From NCBI GenBank assembly GCA_964016885.1, contig OZ024745.1, positions 52,700,001-52,764,000 of the forward strand: DNA of 64,000 bases. Reading direction: 5' to 3'. The notes below the pieces were generated by a model that was not told the origin of the DNA, did no database searches, and saw nothing but the letters and a program-made list of their open reading frames with translations. Shown in pieces: positions 55,618-64,000 of the stretch. This DNA comes from Eledone cirrhosa (Eukaryota). Positions within the stretch are counted from its first letter, which is position 1. Each line of letters begins with the position of its first letter. The position numbers and the translations under genes are program-made.

Positions 55618-57011
55618 CAGACAGACAGACTGATAGAGAGACATCAGAAGAGAACAGTAATAATTTGAATAATATAACCAAGGTGTAGAGCACTAAGTTC
55701 CTGGGACGAGTTTTAATATATTATACAATTCAATGCTACAACAAATAGAAAACGGAGAAACGCAAGGACGCGTGCTCCTTTGAGTGGACTCAACTTATCT
55801 AACTTGAAGTATCTTCAAGTTAAATGAGTTGAGTTTAGGGTAGGCCCACTCACAGGGGCCATTCTCGCAACATTTACCCACCTTTTAGCAAATGTACTTG
55901 GATAGGGACGGGGGGTATTTCCATCACCACCCCCATATTCCTTTGCAAGTGAAATTATTTCGCTACAGCCACAAAATACATGAAACCTGCCTAACCTTTC
56001 CGGCTAAAAAAAGGTTATGTGGAATTTCCATCGACCGCCCTGTCCGTATTACAGAATGCATTGAACGTTTTATGCTTTTGCTACCACGCTGTGCCCTTGC
56101 CATTCAGACCTACTGAACAGCTCTCGTTCCCTTTTTCCTAGAACACGCACGTTAGCTCTGACAATGCAAGGTTCCTGTTTCGCATGGCAGAAATGCTCTA
56201 ATGCTGCTAGCACGTCAGTTGCAATGTTACTTCTAATCAACTCATCTAATTTAGCTACCATCTCCCCTAACTTTCTACTTTTTCTATCACTACTTATTTA
56301 CTTAAACCCATAGAAGTTACTCAAATCTCACTCTTGAGGACACCCCATCACCTGTTGTTGACGACCCATCCTCTCCACGTACACTTTACTAATACGGTGA
56401 AGCAGCTTTGTAGACTCTAAAGGAAGTAAGTGTTAAGCTTCCAGTAACTAATTCCTAGCCCAGATATTCTATGTAGGTCGACTATTCAAATCATATTTCT
56501 TTTATCTGAATAGTCGACCTTTCGGAAACGTGGACAGCCTATATAATTACCATATGCTGACCTAACTAATAATATATATACATTCAATCGAGATGATAGT
56601 ATGCTGCGGTTGGTCCTGATTGTGTTCCTAGTACTGCTGCTCATGTAGTTGTTGTTGGCGATGCTGCTTGTAGTGATGGTAGTAATAACACAGCTCATAG
56701 TGAAGGTTGTTGGAGCTGTGTCACTCCTCTCAATATTTGAGCCGATGTAACGTGAGAACTGGCTCAACTTGAGAGGGGAACATTCCATCCATATTTTTGA
56801 CAGAAACAAATATTCAATAAAATAAAGGGGAAATGTTTTGGCCGAAGGCCTAAATATTATGGCGTTGCCTTTTCACAATAAATGTCACCTTACAGACAGT
56901 TCGTTAGAAAAATATGCAGCTAAAGATAAACAAACCTACAAAAGCTCACAATGACCCTTCTTCACGAGCCATTCGTCAACAACAACAACAGGACACTACA
57001 AAATAAAAAAA

Positions 57012-57209
57012 ATAATGATTTCTACTATTGGCACACTTGGGGAAGGTGAAAATCCATTATATCGACCCCAGTACATTATTAGTGCTTTATGTTATCGTCC
57101 CCATAGCGATGACAGGCTAAGCGGTGACTTCAGAGAGATTTGAACTCAGAACATAAAGGGCCATAACATTAAAGCATGTTGTCCGACACACAACCGATAC
57201 TACCACACC
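57012..57209 (-). mobile_element. Diverged tRNA-SINE related to family A
   Basis: GATTTGAACTCAG B-box (minus), ATCGACCCCAGT body and TTTCTACT..GGCACA 3' end. Confidence 0.75.
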
Positions 57210-59147
57210 ATTGCTCAGGAGATTATTAATTTCGCCAATGGTATTGGAATACGATAACCTAAATAAGAGGTTGTTATCTACATATCTAGAGAAGAAAACG
57301 CAAAGTTAACTGGGTTTATTTATTTATTTTTTTTTTTTTCATTTTTAGCATATGAATATAATAATTAAACTGAATTATATAGAAAATCCTTAGTTGTGTT
57401 TGTAGATGAGCAAACAAATCATGAGTGTGTTTTGATCACGTTGAAGAGTAATTGATGGTGGACTGGATCTAACACAAAACAATAACTTGCTAGAGTTGAT
57501 AATCTTGTCAAAAAGATGAGAGTTTTAAACGTGGATAAGTGATGTATTAGGAGCTGATGCTTCGGCTAAATGTTTTTACTTTTACTGGAGGTGGATGCGG
57601 CGTGTCAATTCATTCATTATGTTTTTTATGTCATTTTCAGAAAAGCTATTGCGTATTGCTTTGAAGAAATGAGATATCAGTAATAAACTTGTCAATATGC
57701 TAGAAAATGTGTTTGATATTTGATCTGTGCGTGTGCGTGCGATGATAGGTGGGATATGATGTATCTATGGAAATACCTTATTTAATTTGATCAAAAAAGT
57801 CTACAATCTTAACACTTGTCCTTCCTAGGTTGGCTCACGAAACGTACTTGCTATTTATGTGTGTTGTCTGTGTATCAGTGACATCAAAATGCCATAACGA
57901 TTTCTTCAGATATTATATTTTTATGGTGTTCTATTGTTATTATGCTATATAATTGTTTCTACTTTAGGCACAAGGCCAGCAATTACCCAGTGCATTACTG
58001 ATACTTTATAATGTAATGCAGTGTGTTGTGAAAACCTTGAATATGAAAAGTTTAGAAAATGTTAGGTCCTGTTCTGTTTCGGTAGAGTAGAAAGACGAAA
58101 TTCCATTTGGTGTAATAAAGGATTTCTGAGCTGACACCCATTTATTTATATCATATTTAAGCAATTGTTTCAGCTACCTTGTGTCAGGAGATTACATGTT
58201 CGAATCGTGTAGAATCTACACTGTATATGATAGAGGGTCAGTTAAGATCTGTAATACGCTCTTATGGGTTGTTTATCTGGCGTTTCAGCTAGATTAGTTT
58301 GGCTATCAAAGTGGATACAGTGGGTAAATTGTGAGACTGGGTTTGGGTTGAAACTAGATCAATTTGCTAGTGAGTAGTTTTTATCATAGGAAATTCGATT
58401 ACTGTTGCATCAGTTATGTGCGGGAGAGATGTGTTGGGAAATAAGTACAGTTTAAGTTTCAACTCCCAAATCCTGTGTAATTTATTGATAAGGTTGGATA
58501 AGAATATATGACGATATCTTCCTACTTATTATTGCTAATGACGTAGTTTACGATAATTCATTTGAAAATTATCTCATAACGAGAAAGTTTATAACCAGCA
58601 AGATTTTAACGGCTTCTCATATCATATCTGCAATTCTCAGAATATAATCAATAAAGCAGCAATCCTCAATATTTGCCTTGTTTATGCTGTCAGACTTACT
58701 GACACGGTTCTTGAAAACAAAGTGGTTATGGTATCCCTCGCGGTCCCAGAAACGCCAAACCTACGCAGTAATAGATTACCCCAAATATAACATGCTAGAA
58801 AGTGCATGGGACTTTTTATGAAATGAAGATTCATAAGCGGACTATATATACATTTCTATTTTGTCAGAAATTATTCAAATTACAAACTCGCTTTCTCTTG
58901 AATTGTTATTACGGTATCCTGTTAATATTAGAAACAGTGTATGAAATATTATCCTACTTGAATCATGTGTGGGTTGTGAAAAGCTTTTTATGGTTAAACA
59001 AAACAGGCTTGTTTTCATAATACAAATGAAGTGCCCAATATTTGTGGCTAAGGATGTATGATAATGTTATATCCGAGTAATAATAAAAGGCTAGTATTTC
59101 TACATTCTAGTTTGTAAAGGATTAAATGGCATATATACATATATAGG

Positions 59148-62100
59148 GCTATTCTAACGAGAGAAGGGGGATTATACAGGTTATAGATGGATCTACTTGT
59201 TAAGCCTTCCCGGCAAAATGGGTGGCATCAGTGGGTGGCAAAAATATGCAGGAAGATTGTCGAGTCCAAGCTAGCTGATAACACCGTGTAACATATAGTT
59301 TGTTCCCCGGTTCTAAGTGTCATTTCATAGTTTGTTATATCCCATTATTATAAAAGAACACTATTATTTAATCAGGGGTTTGGGTTTATGATCAGGAGTT
59401 TCATATTTCGAAATTTTCGTATTTTTGAAGAGAAAAACGCATTTTTTTTTAATTTATCATTTCATATAATTAAATCACATATCAGAAATGACTGGATTTC
59501 CTGGATTTGCGGTTTAATCCAGGTCGCATTCCCGCACTAGCCCCCAGATATAGTCTCCCATCATGTTTTCATTGTAGCGGCCCTGGTACCTCCGCTCTAT
59601 TTCTTTCACATCTTGGTGGAATCGTTCGCCTTGTTCTTCTAAGTAGGCGCCCATATTGTCCTTGAATTTTTCCAGGTGAGCGTCCAGCATATGGAGTTTA
59701 AGCGACATCCTGCATCCCATGGCGCCAAAAGCCTTTATCAGATTCTGCACCAGTTGCTGGTAGTTTTCACCTCTGTAGTTGCCAAGGAAGCCCTTAACAA
59801 CTGCCTTGAAACAGTTCCATGCTGTTCTCTCAATCCTATTGAGCTTATTGGAGACTCGGTAGACTCAAACACCTTCTTTATCTGAGGTCCAACAAAAATT
59901 CCACCTTTGATTTTGGCCTCAGATAACTTGGGGGACTCAAGAAGGTACTTAAAAGCGGCTGATTCTTGGTTGAGAGCCTTCACAAACTGCTTCATCAACC
60001 CCAACTTAATGTGCAGTGGCGACATGAGCACAATACTGGGATCAACCAGTGGCTCCCACATGACGTTCCGGGTCCCAACTACAAATTATGTTCGCTGTTC
60101 CCGGTTCTTTCTTTTGTAGTGGTCAGAGGTGGCTCTGCTGTCCCAAAGGCAGAGGAAGCATTGGAAATTGATAAAGCTTACTTGGAGTCCAAGCAGAAAA
60201 TCCACCATCTAGAAGGCTCCAATGATTTCCCAATTGTTCTGGTTGTATTGCAGAGCTTCCAAGAGGACTTTCAATCTTCTTTCAGGCAGACTGAATGAGC
60301 TAGGGGCAGTGTCGAGAACTTGTTTCCATTGTGGAGTAGGACAGTGTTCAAACTTGTGGTGGATCTGTCTATAACTAGCCGCCATTCCTTGAGCACAAAC
60401 GGCACCCCAATAACGTCAAACAGTCCAGGCACGTCATGGCAGAAGCAGAGGCCATCCCTAAGAGTGTAAAAGCCTGAGAAAGGTTCGTGTCAACTTCTCT
60501 GACTTGTCACCTGCACTTCCTCCTTGACCAAGTTCCGCTGCTTCATCCTGGAGACGAATAGCTCTGCATTGGACTTGGTCAGACCCATATCCCTGACCAA
60601 GTCATTGACTTCTTTTTGGTTTGGGAAGTGAGGAACATTTTCTGGTACCTCAAGCAGGTAAGCCAAGTCCTCAGCATCCATCTCCTCCTCTTCATCAGAA
60701 TACTTGTCTTGGAAAATAAATTTGATATGCAATACAAAATAAATATTGGAAAGGGAAATACATATTTAAATAATATAAAAGAACACTAATCATACTAATG
60801 AAAATTCGTACTTAAAACACAACTCACCCTTTATTCAGGGTGAGAAAATCCAGTATCAATAAATCTTTTAATACACTTTTTAACAATTTTATACTTTATT
60901 ACACTTTTATAATTTTCTTTAGGTATTACTCTTTATTTTATAATTTTAATTTAACCTGAAACATATATAAACAAAATCATTATAACATAAGCAAATTAAA
61001 CGTACATACAACGTAAAATCCAGCATACAAATAATTCTAGTGAATAGCTTAGAATTTTTACAAACCCAAACTTTTAACTGATTAATATCACTTTTTTTTT
61101 ATTTGGGATCTAAGAAACACAAACAAGTGATTACAAGCCAGGAACAGAGAAAAAAACTTTTTTTGTGACACGGGGTAATCAGTGTGGTTTTCGCCCTGGA
61201 TACAGCAGAGCCGCCCAAATATTCACACTGCGGCGGGTATTCGAAAAATTCTTGTTTTGTCGATATTGAGAAGACATATGGCAGCGTTCCTAGGTAACTG
61301 TTATGGAAGGATCTGCAGAAGTATGGGATTGATAGTCACCTTCTCGCTACGCTGATGTCTCTATACGAATGCCGACTATTTTTGTTCGGATAAATGGTGC
61401 TAAATCGGAACCATCCAATGTGATAATCGGACTCCCACATTGCGTACTGTCACTTCTCCTGTTCATTATTTACATGAACAGGATTAATATGCGCAGCCGG
61501 GTTAGAAGTGGTATCATGACAGGTGTGTGTAAAATCAGTCGGCTGAAATTTGCAGAAGACATGGTGTTAGTAAACTCGACTGAAGATGATCTTAGACTTG
61601 CACTTGATAGGTTTTATGCCGAGTGCTGCATGGCTGGAATAAAAATCAGTGCAGTGAAAACAAAGATACTCGTCCTCTCAAGGAGACATGCGCAATGCAT
61701 TCTACGTATGAATGGAGTTCCACTGAAGCAAGTAGAGAAGTTCAATTATCCCGGGGCCGTGTCCATCAGTGATGAACGACAGGAGTGTGAAGTAAGTGCA
61801 AGAATTTCTGAAGTTGGTGCAGTAATTCACCGGCTTCAACGTTCAGTAATGAGAGGAAGGGTGATATGCGTAAAAGCCAATCTCGCTATCGTCAATTCCG
61901 TTTTCGTGCTAACCCTTACTTATGGTCATGGATATTAAGTAATGATCGAAAGAATACGGTCGCGAATACAAGCGGTCGAAATGAGGTTCCACCAAAGAAT
62001 CTTTGGAGTAACGTTACTTGATAGAGTACGTAGCTCAGAGATCAGAGAGTGACATCAGATAGAGCCACTACTTCACCAAATTGTGAGATCACATCTCCTA

Positions 62101-62320
62101 TACTATGGCCCTGTAATAAGTATGTCTCAGGAAAGAACCGTTGGACAGATTTTACGGGCAAAACCAATCGGTAGGAGACCTAGGAGTAAACCCGGAGCAA
62201 GATGTTTATATAAAATCCGTGAGCTTGCTTTTTCTCGCTGGGAGGAGTGTCTGAGTATTCCTCCCCCACGTGCCTCTCATGAATAATGATGAGAAGAAGA
62301 AGAAGAAGAAGAAGAAGAAG
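59148..62320 (+). pseudogene. RTE-clade (Expander/Rex3-like) LINE 3' half, split by a DNA transposon, with (GAA)n tail
   Basis: KGD...YRWIYLLSLPGK, RKIVESKLAD|NQCGFRPG...QIFTL, CFVDIEKTY, ORF 61369-61938 (VLSLLLFIIYM, FAED, LTYGH), QAVEMRF; tail at 62292-62320. Confidence 0.9.
59282..61175 (-). mobile_element. Chapaev3-like (CMC group) DNA transposon, internally deleted and decayed
   Basis: TIRs CACCGTGTAACA and TGTGACACGGGG with TAA duplication. Transposase motifs PLHIKLGLMKQFVKAL, KIKGGIFVGPQI, GCRMSLKLH, EQGERFHQD..E.ERRYQG, MMGDYIW, NQKEVNDLVRD.GL.K..AEL. Family name from recalled motifs. Confidence 0.8.
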
Positions 62321-63329
62321 AATTGGACTAATGAGAACAACAGTAATAACATAAAAAGGACTATATGTTTCTGCTCTTGATAATGATCTTGTAGTTGGCA
62401 GCTTCCTCATTTCTTCAAAATGAATAATATTCTAGAGACTAATTACACGCTTAGAAATGTTGTTTATTTTTGTTATTGGGCTATGTTTCACATTTACATT
62501 TAGATCTCGTATTGTTACTTTTTTCTTCTCACGTTTTCGTTATTCTCCTTTCATTTTGTCATTCTCACACGTTTTCTCCTGTAAGTGACAAAACCGCCTC
62601 TTTTTCCTGGAAGCCATTAGAAAATGTATTAAAATATCTAATAGGAATGTTCTAAGTTTACGATTTATTGATTTAATTAACAAGTCGCTTCAGTAAAAAG
62701 AAAATTATTCCTGTTCAATTAACGTACCGCTGTAGCACGTTTGAGGTGCCAACAAGTTTTTAAGTGCTTTCCAGACATCAGCTTTTATTTCTTCATAAGA
62801 ACGGAAATAGAAATAAAACAAGCAGCGAATATCCAACAAGGAAATGTTATGGAGTGTTATCCTGGGCAAGCTGGTACTATTCGACGTTATTTTAATTACC
62901 CTGGAAACACATTCTTTTACACAGCTTGCTGAGAATGAATATTTCAATAAAGCAGCCAACTAAAATGGTGTCCAGCAGTGAAGGTTTGGCTCGGACATTA
63001 GATAAGTAGGTAAATGGAATAGAATCGTTTGACGAAAGAAAACTATAGCGTAAGACATTAATTCTGAAATAGGCACCAGAGGTATCTATTTTAAAACATC
63101 AAATACTGACTCGAACTGGTACAGTTTATTTTATTTCATCATTAAAATGCATTAAATACAAATAGGATTGCTACACATGCATACACAAGCGCACACACAC
63201 ACGCACACATACATACACACACACGAATACACATACACACACATATACACAGAAGCACACACTCACCACGCACTCACATATACACACACACACACACATA
63301 TACACAGAAGCACCCACCCACCACGCACT

Positions 63330-63364
<35 letters not shown>

Positions 63365-64000
63365 CAAAGTAGAACAATACAGTAGATGAAGTAGGAGGGC
63401 TGGAGAGATTCTTAGAATTAACCATTATTTAACAAGAACCTATTTTCTTTTCTATTTTATTATGCCGCCATATTGAAGTATTGTTACAGTAATTAGCCTC
63501 ATATTTAGTGGGTGGGGGTGAGCTTGCTGCTGTCCACTTTTCATCTAGTAACCAGAAGCGCAAGCATATATCTGAGCGATGCAGCGATTTGGGGTTTTCG
63601 AGCCAGGTTATTTTAAAACTAAATTAAGCAACAAAGGAGAGAGAATGTGGGACAAAACGATAGATTGCACGAACTAGCGCGAGCGGTATATTTCAGCTGC
63701 GCTCCTCAGAAAAGAATGATGAAGACATTGTTGCGGAGAATGGCCAGGGACGCCTGGTGCTGCAACCACCCTACCGTACGGGGCTCCATCCTGTGTTTGG
63801 CTGCAGTGTTCTCGATCGGTATAACCCTAATATTTTGTTATTTTCCTCTCCTCTGCAGCATTGCAGGCAGTGGGGTATAGATTTGCGGCCTAAGATTGGA
63901 GGCCGAGAACGTTTCTAATCTTGTGGCATCCCAAGTTAGAAATATATCACTCACATATGTTGATAGTGATTGTCCGAAAGATGTTACCCACTTCTCTGTG

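Noticed and set aside
56486-56809. Ser/Thr-rich minus-strand ORF as a host exon
   Set aside because: No recognisable domain, weak splice signals, and low-complexity composition.

Overview
AT-rich, microsatellite-dense eukaryotic non-coding DNA, probably from an octopod cephalopod (inferred from the recurring tRNA-derived SINE families; not verified by search). I found no intact host gene, and most ORFs in the track are translations of (TA)n/(CA)n/(GA)n/(ATT)n repeats. The window is mostly retroelement debris: at least five Penelope-like element (PLE) coding remnants (three with Naiad-type RT/GIY-YIG motifs), two RTE LINEs, a CRE-type RLE LINE fragment, tRNA-SINEs, a non-autonomous Helitron, a Chapaev3-like transposon nested in an RTE, and MITEs. 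The main signal is about 13 clear and about 6 decayed type I hammerhead ribozyme (HHR) motifs. They lie in PLE pseudo-LTRs and in small non-coding fold-back or direct-repeat elements, most of which sit in (TA)n tracts and are often nested. Notable cases are a tandem HHR pair exactly 530 nt apart (retrozyme/circRNA-like), a U3-A8 core variant in two copies, a U.U mismatch at 10.1-11.1 in four unrelated families, and palindromic helix III sequences. All structures were folded by eye and ribozyme activity is untested.
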